DNA of 64,000 nt from a candidate division FCPU426 bacterium (GCA_963796105.1 CAWCKJ010000002.1:256001-320000); one strand, 5' to 3'. Numbered from the stretch's first letter, positions 8,255 to 18,232 are shown. Notes: generated by a model not told the origin, from the letters alone. Numbers and translations: made by a program.

Positions 8255-9044
8255 TATTAAGTAATGCGGTTACTTCCGCGACGATTTTTTCGGGGTCGGC
8301 AGGTTTGCTTAAAAACCTCACGTTCGGGAGAAAAGCGGCCTGGGACCTTAACTCCTCCGTGATCTTTCCCGAGAAGATCAACACAGGTTTTTTTGACAAA
8401 AGCTGGTTGCCTTTTAGGAGATTGAGGAAAGTCAAACCATCCATCCCGGGCATTTCCAGGTCCGTCACGATCAAATCCACTTTTTTTTGGGCCATTTCCG
8501 AGATGGCCTGGCGTCCTTCCTCGGCCTCACGGATCACATCCTCCGGAAAAGCCTTTTCCAGGGTCCTGCGGATGATGCCCCTTAAAGTGGGGGAGTCCTC
8601 GATGACCAGGATTTGACGGCGGGCCTTGGCGGACTTTCGAGTCGTTTCTGATTCCCGGAGGGACTCGCGATTTGAGGATAAAAACCTCATGATGTTGCTC
8701 GCTTGGGCGCCCCGGTCCCTCTTGGAAACGATGGCGCGTAATTTCATATCCGGGGTCGGAACATTTTCCGATCCATCAAGGGTTGTATTGCAAAAAATGA
8801 CGGGTAAGGAAGCGGATATTAATTTCGCCCGGAGAAGAGAGGCATTTTCCCAACCCGGAAAGGGCCAATCCATCAAGACCAAATGGGGGTTTCCTTTTTC
8901 CAAATGGTCCAGCGCTTCCCCGATAGAGGAAGCCGCCAGAACCTCCAGGTTCATGAAGGACAGCCATAGGGAAGAAAGCTCCCGGGAGCGGTAATCAGGG
9001 TCCATCAGCAGGATTTTTTTCAACGCGACAGCGGATTTTTCCAT
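8250..9044 (-). CDS. Tandem receiver-domain (REC-REC) response regulator
   Basis: Atypical REC1 (ILLMDPD...LVLMDW) and canonical REC2 (ILVIEDS...LIVTDLEMPGMDG...IFSG...FLSKP); no output domain. Confidence 0.88.
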   Translation of the reverse strand: MEKSAVALKKILLMDPDYRSRELSSLWLSFMNLEVLAASSIGEALDHLEKGNPHLVLMDWPFPGWENASLLRAKLISASLPVIFCNTTLDGSENVPTPDMKLRAIVSKRDRGAQASNIMRFLSSNRESLRESETTRKSAKARRQILVIEDSPTLRGIIRRTLEKAFPEDVIREAEEGRQAISEMAQKKVDLIVTDLEMPGMDGLTFLNLLKGNQLLSKKPVLIFSGKITEELRSQAAFLPNVRFLSKPADPEKIVAEVTALLNT

Positions 9045-9050
9045 GGTTGT

Positions 9051-9434
9051 TTACTCCGCCAAGGCCAGGACTTTTTCAATCACTTCCTCGAGCATCTTGG
9101 GCTGGAAGGGTTTTCGGATGATTTCCTTGACCCCCCTTTGGATCAGGGAATGCAGGACCGCCTGGTCGCCCTCGGAGCTCACCACCACGACGGGAAGGAC
9201 CGCCAGCATGGGTTCCAGGGCCATCTGATCGATCATTTCCACGCCCGTCATGTCGGGCATGTTCAAATCCGCCAGAACCAGGTCCACCCAATGGGCCTTC
9301 ATCTGCTGGAGCCCCTCCCTTCCGTTAGCGGCCTCTAAAATATCCCCCAAGGGAATGCTGGTGGACTGCAGGGTGCGCTTGATATAGCCCCTCATCGTCG
9401 CAGAATCATCCACGATTAATATGCTGATAGACAT
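9051..9434 (-). CDS. cheY: CheY-like single-domain response regulator
   Basis: ILIVDDS, LVLADLNMPDMTG, VVVSS, IRKPF; GGAGG RBS before ATG 9434. Confidence 0.88.
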   Translation of the reverse strand: MSISILIVDDSATMRGYIKRTLQSTSIPLGDILEAANGREGLQQMKAHWVDLVLADLNMPDMTGVEMIDQMALEPMLAVLPVVVVSSEGDQAVLHSLIQRGVKEIIRKPFQPKMLEEVIEKVLALAE

Positions 9435-9457
9435 TTTCTCCTCCTTGAAAATACAAA

Positions 9458-9499
9458 TCACCACAGGTTCTTTCAGAACCACAAAGACACAGTTAGGAA
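9458..9499 (+). repeat. Dispersed intergenic repeat family B, copy 2
   Basis: TCACCACAGGTTCTTTCAGAACCACAAAGACACAGTTAGGAA, between the MCP and cheY genes. Confidence 0.85.
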
Positions 9500-9598
9500 A
9501 AACACAATATTTTATGGGCTTAAACTCAAGCTCAATATGCTTTGGCGCATTGCGCCACAGTCTTAAATAAATTTATTTGTATCCAGTTCCCTTAAAAA

Positions 9599-11206
9599 TT
9601 AATTCGTGCGGACTTTGGCCAGCTCCTGAGGGGGGCTTAAGACTTTTCCGACAGGGGAAACCCTGGCTTCTCTTCTGCCGAACCATCCGGCCCAGGTAGT
9701 CCTCGGGGGCGCTGGGGGGGAGGGAGGACTCATGGGCATCAACGGCTTTACTTCCGCCGGGACGGCTGGTTGACCGGCATTTTGCCCGCCTTCCACGATG
9801 GCCACCAACTGGGTCACCACCCCCTTCAAACCCGAGGCTTGGCGCGCCATATCCTGGCTGGCGTCGGCGGTCTGTTTGGCGTTGGCGTTGTTGTCCTGGG
9901 TCACGGCTTCCAGCTTGTCCATCATGGTCCCGATTTCCTTGATGGCCTTGGATTGCTCCTGGCTGGTGGACTGGATTTCCGTCAGGAAGCCCGCCACCTT
10001 CTGCGTGTTTTCCATCATTTCCCTCAGGGCCGCGCCGGCGGAGTCGGCCACAGCCATGCCCGAGGAGGCGTGCTTGGCGTTGTCCTCGATGAGTTCGGCT
10101 GTTTCCTTGGCGGCTTGGGAGCTCCTCTGGGCCAAACCCCTGACTTCCTCCGCCACGACCGCGAAGCCTTTCCCGTGCTCGCCAGCCCTGGCGGCCTCCA
10201 CCGAGGCGTTCAGGGAGAGGATGTTGGTCTGCTGGGCGATTTCCTCGATGGATTTCACGATCTTATGGACCTTTTCCGCGCTGTCGTTGACGGAGCGCAT
10301 GGCGGCCAGGGTGTCCTGCATCGAGCGGTTCGATTTGGCCATGGTCACGAGGGTGTCGTCCATCAAGCGGTTGGCCTGGACAGCGCCCTCCGCGCTCTTG
10401 ACCGTTCGGGAGGACATTTCCGAGAGGGCAACGCTGGTCTGGAGCAGGCTGTTGGTGGAATCCACTGCGCCCTTGGCCTGGCGGGAGCTGGCGTGGGCGA
10501 CTTTCTCGGAGACCGTCCCGACCTGGCCCGCGCTACCCACCAGCTCGGCCGCGATGGACTGAAACCTCCGGCTGATGCCCAGGGCCACCAGCAGGCTCAT
10601 GCCCAATCCCAGCAGGAGGCTGGCCCCCGCCAGGATCAGCATGAAGACAAAGGCGATCTGGCAGTCCCTCAGGGCCTTGGCGACGATCATTTCCGACCTT
10701 TTCCACTTCAAGGCGATGAGCTTGTCCATCTGTTCCACGATGGGGTCCACCACGGGGTAAAGGTTGCTGCTCTCGAGCATTTCCAGGGACTTGGCGTCCC
10801 TTTTCTCGAAGGCCTCGCGCACCTGCATCAGGAAAAGCTTGTTGTTGCTTAGGGCGGCGTTCACCACCGCCACGGGGATTTTCTCATCCTCGCTGACATC
10901 CTTGAGGGCCATATAAGCGCTCCAGTTCTCCTGGGCCGTCTTGATGGACTCCTCCAACTGGTCCCGGCCCATCTCCCAGCCTTGGCCCGCGCGGGTCTTT
11001 TCAACCGCCCCCGCGATGCCCACGGCGTAGGCGTCCGAGATTTTCTTGAGGTTGTTCAGGGGATGGCTGCTGTCATAGACCAGCTGGAGGTTGTCCGACA
11101 TGTTCGTGGCCACCTCCAATCCCACCACCGCCTCAACGATGAGCGCGGCCGCGAGGATGGCCGCGGACAGGAACAGCTTGTTTTTCAGGTTCAAGTTCTT
11201 GAACAT
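9599..11206 (-). CDS. Methyl-accepting chemotaxis protein with four-helix-bundle-type periplasmic sensor
   Basis: Two TM helices; hairpin tip [37 protein letters not shown]; Pro-rich C-terminal tail. Confidence 0.96.
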   Translation of the reverse strand: MFKNLNLKNKLFLSAAILAAALIVEAVVGLEVATNMSDNLQLVYDSSHPLNNLKKISDAYAVGIAGAVEKTRAGQGWEMGRDQLEESIKTAQENWSAYMALKDVSEDEKIPVAVVNAALSNNKLFLMQVREAFEKRDAKSLEMLESSNLYPVVDPIVEQMDKLIALKWKRSEMIVAKALRDCQIAFVFMLILAGASLLLGLGMSLLVALGISRRFQSIAAELVGSAGQVGTVSEKVAHASSRQAKGAVDSTNSLLQTSVALSEMSSRTVKSAEGAVQANRLMDDTLVTMAKSNRSMQDTLAAMRSVNDSAEKVHKIVKSIEEIAQQTNILSLNASVEAARAGEHGKGFAVVAEEVRGLAQRSSQAAKETAELIEDNAKHASSGMAVADSAGAALREMMENTQKVAGFLTEIQSTSQEQSKAIKEIGTMMDKLEAVTQDNNANAKQTADASQDMARQASGLKGVVTQLVAIVEGGQNAGQPAVPAEVKPLMPMSPPSPPAPPRTTWAGWFGRREARVSPVGKVLSPPQELAKVRTN

Positions 11207-11215
11207 AATTTCCTC

Positions 11216-11716
11216 CTAAAGTAGTTGTGTGGAATCCCTTTGTTTCAAGCCTTCCACTCCCAAGCCTCCCTCGACCTGGTCCCGAATGAGTCTTTCCATA
11301 TCCAATATTGGGAGTTTCTTTCCAGAACCCGCCCAACCCTTTAAATAGGGAAGATCCAACCCCTCCAATTCGTTTTCCTCCCCCTGGTATTCCGAATCCG
11401 GAACTTTGATAAAACCCATGACCTCATCCACCGCGAAACCGGCCAACATTTCGGAAATTCCAGGTAAATTCATCGTGACGAATCCCCCGGAAGGGGGGTC
11501 CACGGAGATTCCCAGGATTCCCGCCATGTCCAGGACCGGGATGATCTTGCCGTGGAGCTGGGTCACTCCAATGAGATGGCTTTCGTTCAAGGGAACCTCA
11601 GTGAAAGAGGAGGAGACAGCCGCCTCCCAAAGGAAGCGGGACTCGAAGCCGTACTCCTTAGGACCAAGTTTGAAAACCAGGTAGGTTTGGAGCGTTGCCG
11701 GGGCTTCCGCCGTCAT
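11216..11716 (-). CDS. cheW: CheW-like adaptor
   Basis: YLVFKLG..EYG, TEVP....LIGV..LHGKIIPVLD, GFAVDEV.G; lies between cheA and the MCP. Confidence 0.88.
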   Translation of the reverse strand: MTAEAPATLQTYLVFKLGPKEYGFESRFLWEAAVSSSFTEVPLNESHLIGVTQLHGKIIPVLDMAGILGISVDPPSGGFVTMNLPGISEMLAGFAVDEVMGFIKVPDSEYQGEENELEGLDLPYLKGWAGSGKKLPILDMERLIRDQVEGGLGVEGLKQRDSTQLL

Positions 11717-13758
11717 GAGTCCCCCTTTCCCAGTGAACGGGATAAGGCTTGATCCCTCTCATCGGCCGCGCGGGTTATTTCCCGGGCAAGGTATTGAATG
11801 TCGAGAACCAGCGCCACCCGTCCATCGCCCAAGATGGCCCCGCCGTTGATGCCCTTCAATTTCCCCAGGATAGGGTTCAAGCCCTTGAGCACGATTTCCC
11901 TTTTGCCAAGGATTTCATCCGCCATGAGGAGGATCTGTCCTTTGTCCGTCTCCAATTGGATTCCGACCAAATTATTAGATCTTTCCGACCTGCTGCCGAA
12001 CCATTCAGCCAGGTTTATTTTCCTGGGGAAGCCGGGCAGGTTCCGGTTGAAAGCCGAGTCCCCGCCGGCCAGGAGCGAGAACTTTTGGATTTGGCTGAGG
12101 GGAATGATGTAAAGGCCCGTGCCCACCCGTATCAAAAGACCGTCCAAAAGGGCGAGGGTGAGGGGGATGCGCATGATGAACAGGCAGCCCTCGTCCGGCA
12201 CCGTGGCGACCTCCACCCAGCCCTTCAGGGCCTGCAGGCGGCGCCGGACCAGGTCCAGGCCGATTCCCCGGCCCGAGACGTTTGAGGCCTTTTCCAAGGT
12301 GGAAAAACCGGGCCGGAAGATCATCTCCTGGCACTCATCCAGTTCCAATTCCTTTCCTTCCTCCAGCCAGCCCAAGGCCCTTGCCTTCTTCTCGATCTTC
12401 CGGGCGTCCAACCCCCGGCCGTCGTCCCTGATGGAAAGGATGAAATGACCCTCCTGGTGCCAAGCCTTGACCCAGAGGCCCCCCTGGCTGTTCTTCCCTT
12501 TTTTGGCCCTTTCCCCCGCGCTTTCCAAACCGTGGTCCACGGCGTTCCGTACCAGGTGCAGAACCGGCTCCCAGAGCTCATCCACCAGCCTCTTATCGAG
12601 GCTTGTATTCGCGCCCTCCAACTCAAGCCGGACCGTTTTTCCGGTCTTTTGGGAAAGGTCCCTCGCCACGCGGCCAATGCGGGAGAAAAGGGGCTGGATA
12701 GGGACCATCCGGAGGGAAACCACCTGGTCCTGAAGCTTTCGGGCGATTTTTCCCATCCGCTCGATGGTCCCGCTCAAGGGAAAATATTCCGGTGAATCCT
12801 GGGCCATCATTTGGATGCGCGTCTGGTAGGTGATCCATTCCTCCAGGGTCTCCATAAGTTCGTCCATTTTCCCGGTGTCGATGCGGATAATTTTTTCCTC
12901 TTCCTCAGGGGTGTCGGCGGGGACGGGAACCGCCGCTTGCGGGACAACGGCAGGGGCATTCCCAGGAACGGTATTGCCAAACAGGGGAGGGATGGGGCAG
13001 ATTTCGATTTGGCCTTGGGCCAGGCCCTCCCTGATGCGGTTTGTTTGGAGCCGGAATAGGTCCAACGCTTTTAAAAGCAGTTCCACCTCAGGGCCGGAGG
13101 GTTTATCCCCCGATTTTTTATAGGGTTCCAGGAGGGTTTCCGCCTGGTGGGAAAGGTCTCCCAGGCCCGGGAAGCCCAAATACCCAAAAAGGCTCTTGAG
13201 GGTGTGAAAGGGCCGGTAGATTTTAAGGATGTCCCAGTTTTCCTTCCCCCCCGCGTGAAGCAGGCCTTCCTCAATGGCGGAATAATGGGAGGGAGCCTCC
13301 TGGAGAAAATCCCGCAAGCCCGGAAGGTCCTCTTCCTTCACCTTGAGGAAACCCGGGGCTTCCAACTCGGGAATGTTTTTTTGCGTCTTGGACTCTGGGT
13401 CAAAGACCAGCACCTCCGTGCCGGGAACGGGCATACCCGCTTTCTCGGCCTCGCGGGCCAACTGCTTGTCCGCGTCCAGGAGGGCCTTGAGAATCCGTTC
13501 CCAGCCCTGGTTGACGGGACGGCCGGCTTTCAAGCCCTTGATCACCTGGTTGGCCTGGAGAAGGAATGAGGTGGTCCAGGGACCGTAGGATTTTTTGGCC
13601 TCCTGGGCCCAAAGCTGGAGGTACTCCGCCAGCCGGAGGACGTTCGGGAAATCATTGGGCGGTGTTTTGACCGCCAAATAGGATATCTGGGAGAGTTGTT
13701 CCCTGGAGCCGGCTTTAGGCGCGGCGGCTGGCTGGTCCATTTCACTGGGCCTTTTCAA
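11713..13758 (-). CDS. cheA: CheA histidine kinase
   Basis: Hpt (YRPFHTLKS), N box LHLVRNAVDHG, G1 DDGRGLD, F/G2 FRPGFST..SGRGIGLD, C-terminal CheW domain. Confidence 0.95.
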   Translation of the reverse strand: MKRPSEMDQPAAAPKAGSREQLSQISYLAVKTPPNDFPNVLRLAEYLQLWAQEAKKSYGPWTTSFLLQANQVIKGLKAGRPVNQGWERILKALLDADKQLAREAEKAGMPVPGTEVLVFDPESKTQKNIPELEAPGFLKVKEEDLPGLRDFLQEAPSHYSAIEEGLLHAGGKENWDILKIYRPFHTLKSLFGYLGFPGLGDLSHQAETLLEPYKKSGDKPSGPEVELLLKALDLFRLQTNRIREGLAQGQIEICPIPPLFGNTVPGNAPAVVPQAAVPVPADTPEEEEKIIRIDTGKMDELMETLEEWITYQTRIQMMAQDSPEYFPLSGTIERMGKIARKLQDQVVSLRMVPIQPLFSRIGRVARDLSQKTGKTVRLELEGANTSLDKRLVDELWEPVLHLVRNAVDHGLESAGERAKKGKNSQGGLWVKAWHQEGHFILSIRDDGRGLDARKIEKKARALGWLEEGKELELDECQEMIFRPGFSTLEKASNVSGRGIGLDLVRRRLQALKGWVEVATVPDEGCLFIMRIPLTLALLDGLLIRVGTGLYIIPLSQIQKFSLLAGGDSAFNRNLPGFPRKINLAEWFGSRSERSNNLVGIQLETDKGQILLMADEILGKREIVLKGLNPILGKLKGINGGAILGDGRVALVLDIQYLAREITRAADERDQALSRSLGKGDS

Positions 13759-14251
13759 GGGAGGCGGGGACAGGGTGGATCCAAAGTTTGACGTCCAGGA
13801 CGATGGACTCGACCGCCACCGTCATGCGGGCCTCCGGGAACCTGGCAGGCACTTGGACTTCCCTGGCGGGCACGGGAAGGAAATGCCGGAAAGCCACTTT
13901 GTCGGAGGCCCGTATTTTGTTCATGATATGCCCGCAGAACATGTTGGAAAACTCGTTGAAGGCGTCCTCGGGGCTCGTGGGAGTGTCCTCCAAAAGGGCC
14001 TCCGCCAGGACCCTGCCCAGGGCTGTCGTGGTCCTTAACATCACCAACCCCTCGTATTGGCCTGTCAGGCTCACGCAACGGATGAGGTCAAAAGCCGATT
14101 CCCTCGGACTTTCCTTCACCAATTGCACGAATACCCTGGGCCAGAACCAAAGGATATTCTCCAGGGCGTCATAAAGGTCTGCGGTGGTGGGAACATGGAT
14201 GTCCTTCGGCGGCTCCGCGCCCATCAAATCCTGGCCGTATAAACTGTCCAT
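13742..14251 (-). CDS. cheX: CheX-like phosphatase-family protein
   Basis: V.LTG.YEG.V.L and EDAFNEFSNMFCG (ExxN motif of the CheC/CheX family); first gene of the che operon. Confidence 0.7.
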   Translation of the reverse strand: MDSLYGQDLMGAEPPKDIHVPTTADLYDALENILWFWPRVFVQLVKESPRESAFDLIRCVSLTGQYEGLVMLRTTTALGRVLAEALLEDTPTSPEDAFNEFSNMFCGHIMNKIRASDKVAFRHFLPVPAREVQVPARFPEARMTVAVESIVLDVKLWIHPVPASLEKAQ

Positions 14252-14450
14252 GAGCGCTCCCTGTCAAACGGTTTGAATGAATTGGGAATGAAATTAAAGC
14301 GGAACCGGGGGAAGGCAATGTTTTATCCATGAAATTTCCAAGTTAATTACTTTTTCCGAAGTAAAGAGCGTGAAAATAAGAAAAAACCGTTAAATGAACC
14401 GTAACAGAAACGATACCTTGGCTTTCGCTGGAATTAACAAGGGTTCCTGT

Positions 14451-16289
14451 ATGCTCCTACTCGTGAATTCAACGGAAACCTTTTTGCAACCACCCACCCA
14501 GCCTGTTTTCAGACTTCCGGGAGGCGAAGGGCTGGCCCGGCCTTTTTTCAACATCATCGAGAATCTTTTAGGCCTGACCAGACTGGAGTATGTTCACCGA
14601 TGTCTTCAGGGAGTTCCGTTTAACCCGGAGCAAGCTTTGAAGGTGCTGGGTGTTTCCTGGCAGGCGGATGAGCAGGACTTGAAGGGCATTCCCCCTTCAG
14701 GTCCCTTGATCGTGACCGCCAATCATCCCTTCGGGGGCCTGGAAGGGATCGTTCTCTTGGCGCTTCTCAAGACCCGCCGCAAGGACGTGAAGATCCTGGC
14801 CAATTCGCTCCTTTCCCGGGTCCCGGAACTTCGGGATGATTTTATTTTCGTGAACGTTTTCGGCGGGGAAGAAGCGAGGCTCCTCAACCAGCGGCCCTTA
14901 CGGGAGGCCCTGCGCTGGCTAAGAGGCGGGGGAGTCCTGGCGGCTTTTCCGGCGGGTGAGGTCTCGAGTTTTGATTTGGGAAAAGGCCGGGTGGCGGACC
15001 CGCCTTGGAGCAATACCATCGGCCGTCTTTTGAGATTATCGGGCGCCCCGGCTCTTCCCGTGTTTTTCCACGGCCAAAACGGTTTCGGTTTCCACGCGGC
15101 GGGACTTGTCCATCCCCGCCTGAGGACCGCCCTTCTTCCCTTGGAGATTCTCAACAAGAAAGGGAAGGTAGTACTGGTGGAAGTAGGCAGCCCAGTCGCG
15201 GCTTCCCGGCTGGCGCGTCTGGGTTCCGAGGATGAAATGACCGAATACCTGCGGTACCGGACTTACCTGTTAAAAGCCCGCAAAGCCAAAACCAAAATCC
15301 TTCCATTCCCATTGTTGAACTTGAAAGCCCCCAAGCCTCCCTTGGCCTCACCATTGCCCAACGCCCTTTTGGAGGATGAAATCAGCAGACTGCCGGAGGG
15401 AAGGCGGCTGGCCTTTTCCGGGGAATTGGAAGCTTATCTGGCCCTGGCTCCGGAGATTCCGGGAGTGTTAAGGGAGGTGGGACGGCTAAGGGAAGTCACC
15501 TTCCGGGCCTGCGGAGAAGGGACGGGAAAGCCCTTGGACCTGGATTCTTTCGACGGGAGGTACCAGCATTTGGTCCTGTGGAACAAAGCCGCTAAGGAGG
15601 TGGTGGGAGGATACCGGATGGCAGGCACCGACAGGATCCTGCCGAGTTGGGGGACCTCGGGACTCTACACCTCCACCCTCTTCAAGTACCGGCCTGAATT
15701 CTTCCAAGCACTCAAGCCCGCCCTGGAACTTGGACGTTCCTTTATCAGGCCGGAATACCAGCGTGAGTACGCCCCTTTGTTTCTTTTGTGGAAGGGTTTG
15801 GGAGCCTTCGTGGCGGAGAACAACCGCTACCGATACCTGTTCGGGGTAGTGAGCATGAGCGACGATTACCGGCCCCTCTCCAAGGAAGTCCTGATGAGGC
15901 ACCTCATCAGGCACAAATTCCGGGCCGAATTATCCGCTATGGCGCTTCCCCGTAATCCCTACCGGGGCCTGCCTTTAAAGGACCATGAATGGGAGGCAAG
16001 GGCGGAATGGGACGAGGGGCTTGAGGAGGTTTCGGATTGGGTGGAGGATGTGGAGCGGGGAAGGGGAGTGCCGGTTCTCCTTCGGCAATACCTGAAGCTG
16101 GGGGCCGAGTTCCTGGGCTTCAACGTGGATCCCCGGTTCGCCCATGTCCTGGACGGGCTGTTGGTGGTGGATTTGACGAAGACTGATTCCAAGGCTCTGG
16201 ATAAATACCTGGGCAGGGATGGGGCCAGGTCCTTCCTGGCTTTTCATGGGATGTCTTCCCCCGCCGCCCAAGAGCTGGCCGTGGGATGA
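14451..16289 (+). CDS. Bifunctional acyltransferase (PlsC-like plus GNAT N-acyltransferase), OlsF/'putative hemolysin' type
   Basis: ANHPFGGLEG and FPAGEVS in the N-domain; EVGRLREVTFR..GEGTGK..DLD.FD, LELGRSFI..EYQ and PVLLRQYLKLG in the C-domain. Start uncertain (14394 possible). Confidence 0.85.
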   Translation: MLLLVNSTETFLQPPTQPVFRLPGGEGLARPFFNIIENLLGLTRLEYVHRCLQGVPFNPEQALKVLGVSWQADEQDLKGIPPSGPLIVTANHPFGGLEGIVLLALLKTRRKDVKILANSLLSRVPELRDDFIFVNVFGGEEARLLNQRPLREALRWLRGGGVLAAFPAGEVSSFDLGKGRVADPPWSNTIGRLLRLSGAPALPVFFHGQNGFGFHAAGLVHPRLRTALLPLEILNKKGKVVLVEVGSPVAASRLARLGSEDEMTEYLRYRTYLLKARKAKTKILPFPLLNLKAPKPPLASPLPNALLEDEISRLPEGRRLAFSGELEAYLALAPEIPGVLREVGRLREVTFRACGEGTGKPLDLDSFDGRYQHLVLWNKAAKEVVGGYRMAGTDRILPSWGTSGLYTSTLFKYRPEFFQALKPALELGRSFIRPEYQREYAPLFLLWKGLGAFVAENNRYRYLFGVVSMSDDYRPLSKEVLMRHLIRHKFRAELSAMALPRNPYRGLPLKDHEWEARAEWDEGLEEVSDWVEDVERGRGVPVLLRQYLKLGAEFLGFNVDPRFAHVLDGLLVVDLTKTDSKALDKYLGRDGARSFLAFHGMSSPAAQELAVG

Positions 16290-16344
16290 TGATGCGGGAA
16301 AAAACGAAAGAGGATTTTCAAACTTTAAAGCGAATGGAGAATTT

Positions 16345-16812
16345 ATGCCCCTGAAAGCTAAGCCGATACCGGATGGATACCATAACGCCACTCCCTACCT
16401 GATCGTCCGAAAGGCGGCGGAAGCCATCGAGTTTTACAAGAACGCTTTCGGCGCCAGGGAAAGGTTCCGGATTCCCGGACCCAACGGCCTGGTCATGCAT
16501 TCGGAAATCATCATCGGGGACTCCATCTTCATGATCGCGGATGAGTTCGGGGAAATGAGCATCCGCAGTCCCCAGGCCCTCAAGGGAACCTCCGTCAGCT
16601 TCATGCTCTACGTGGAGAACGTGGATAAAATATTCGAGCAGGCCCTGGAGGCCGGGGGCGTCGAGACCCGGCCGGTGAAGGACCATTTTTACGGCGACCG
16701 GGCCGGAAACCTGGTGGATCCCTTCGGCCACAAGTGGACCATTGCCACCCATATCGAGGATGTTACGCCCGAGGAAATGGAAGAACGAATGAAGGCGGAA
16801 CACACGCCCTAA
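16345..16812 (+). CDS. VOC/glyoxalase (PhnB-like) protein
   Basis: TPYLIV..A.EAIEFYK.AFGA, MHSEI.IGDS, FYGDR.G...DPFGH.W; GGAG RBS. Confidence 0.92.
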   Translation: MPLKAKPIPDGYHNATPYLIVRKAAEAIEFYKNAFGARERFRIPGPNGLVMHSEIIIGDSIFMIADEFGEMSIRSPQALKGTSVSFMLYVENVDKIFEQALEAGGVETRPVKDHFYGDRAGNLVDPFGHKWTIATHIEDVTPEEMEERMKAEHTP

Positions 16813-16958
16813 GGTTCGCTTGTAACATTCCCGCTACCTGTGGTAGCCCCCCGAAAAACACGATGACAGACTTCGGCATGAGGTCCATCACTCTCTTGAA
16901 TATGAGCAAATAACCGCTATTGTGGAAAGGCAGTTATTTCAAAGCGAGGGAGACAAAA

Positions 16959-17213
16959 GTGTTTATCAAAATCACGAATGTCGAGGATGAAAAGGAAGTG
17001 GTGCTGAATATCGATCAAATCCAGTATATCGTTCCAAAGGGTGCGAAGAAAGCCAGGGTGATTACCGGCAACCCGAACTACAAGCTGGTGGTGTCGGAAA
17101 AGGACAAGCTTTTGATCTACAGCAAGATCGGGATCAGGCACGTCCCTGCCGCGAAAAAGCCCGCGCCGAAACCCGCCGAGAGCGAGGAGAAGGTCCACAA
17201 GGCAGCGGAATAA
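16959..17213 (+). CDS. Small hypothetical protein, weakly FlbD-like N-terminus with Lys/Ala/Pro tail
   Basis: GTG start after GGGGAG; FIKITN....EVVLNIDQIQYI pattern. Confidence 0.55.
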   Translation: MFIKITNVEDEKEVVLNIDQIQYIVPKGAKKARVITGNPNYKLVVSEKDKLLIYSKIGIRHVPAAKKPAPKPAESEEKVHKAAE

Positions 17214-17237
17214 ATTTTGAAATAAAAAAATTCAATT

Positions 17238-17280
17238 TCACCACAGGTTCCTACGGAACCATAGCAGGCTCAGTAAGGAA
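17238..17280 (+). repeat. Dispersed intergenic repeat family B, copy 3 (diverged)
   Basis: TCACCACAGGTTCCTACGGAACCATAGCAGGCTCAGTAAGGAA; the hairpin is kept (GGTTCC/GGAACC). Confidence 0.75.
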
Positions 17281-17379
17281 AAAAATTATTATTAGAAAAA
17301 TTTTAATTGTGTCTTTGTGAGTTGCCAAAGGCAGCTTTTGTTTTAAAGCCTTTTTATTATAAGCTTTTAGAATAAGTAC

Positions 17380-17421
17380 ATCAGGGTGAGGAATGGGGTG
17401 AATCCTCACCCTGATTTTTTT
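17380..17421 (+). terminator. Intrinsic terminator
   Basis: ATCAGGGTGAGGA...TCCTCACCCTGAT followed by a T run, between convergent genes. Confidence 0.8.
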
Positions 17422-17455
17422 GCCCGCGGATGGAAGCCCTTGGGGTTCCCGGTTT

Positions 17456-18232
17456 TTATTTTTGGGCTACCAACAGGTGGCGATTCAGGCTGTAAAAGTA
17501 GCTTTTTCTTCTAGCTTGGACCTTCAAATCTGCCAGGAAGCGAGACAGGTCTTTCTTGGACACCCTATATTTCTTATGCCCTAACCCCACTTCCAGCGAC
17601 CGGCTTAATTTATAACCAACCAGGTTGGGCTTGTACTCGGTATTGGTCAAAACGCAGGTTTCCAGGCTTATTTTCCTAAAAAATTTCTTCTGGTTTACCC
17701 ATCCCCATAATTTCCGACCCATCCAGCCCTCGGCATGGGCCATCCATTTCTGCTTGGTATCGCAATAGGCGTGGACCAAATTGCGTTCCAAATCCTTGTA
17801 ACTGCTGTTCCAGGCCTGGGTGTCCCAATCGGTGTGACCCATAATCATGCGGCCGGCAGGTTTTAGCACCCGGTAAATTTCGCTCAGAAGCATCAACCGT
17901 TTGGATTCATTCAGGCATTCCAGTAAATCCAGGGAAAAAACAGCGTTGATCGAGGCGGATTTGAATGGCAGGGGATGGGACGCGTCAAATTCCATCAGTT
18001 CCACTCTTTTATTGCGAATCTCCCCGCGGAGATTATTCGACGCGGTGCTCAACGCTTTTCTTGAAACGTCCAGGCCGTAAACCTTTTTGACCCTGGACGA
18101 ACCACAGATGATTTTAATTTCATTCCCATGACCGCAACCGATATCCAATAAAACTTCCCCTTGTTTTGGAGCCAGAAGGCCCACGAAGAATTTGAAATAT
18201 TTTTGATCGTCGGGTGAATGGATATCCTTCAT
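17456..18232 (-). CDS. Class I SAM-dependent methyltransferase (UbiE-like)
   Basis: LLDIGCGHG, YGLDVS, LPF, EIYRVLKPAG, TDWDT. Confidence 0.9.
   Translation of the reverse strand: MKDIHSPDDQKYFKFFVGLLAPKQGEVLLDIGCGHGNEIKIICGSSRVKKVYGLDVSRKALSTASNNLRGEIRNKRVELMEFDASHPLPFKSASINAVFSLDLLECLNESKRLMLLSEIYRVLKPAGRMIMGHTDWDTQAWNSSYKDLERNLVHAYCDTKQKWMAHAEGWMGRKLWGWVNQKKFFRKISLETCVLTNTEYKPNLVGYKLSRSLEVGLGHKKYRVSKKDLSRFLADLKVQARRKSYFYSLNRHLLVAQK

Noticed and set aside
9770..10852. Long antisense ORFs (also 24900..26264, 20027..20947, 36102..36929, 62293..63147)
   Set aside because: Shadow frames opposite well-supported GC3-rich genes, with no recognisable motifs.
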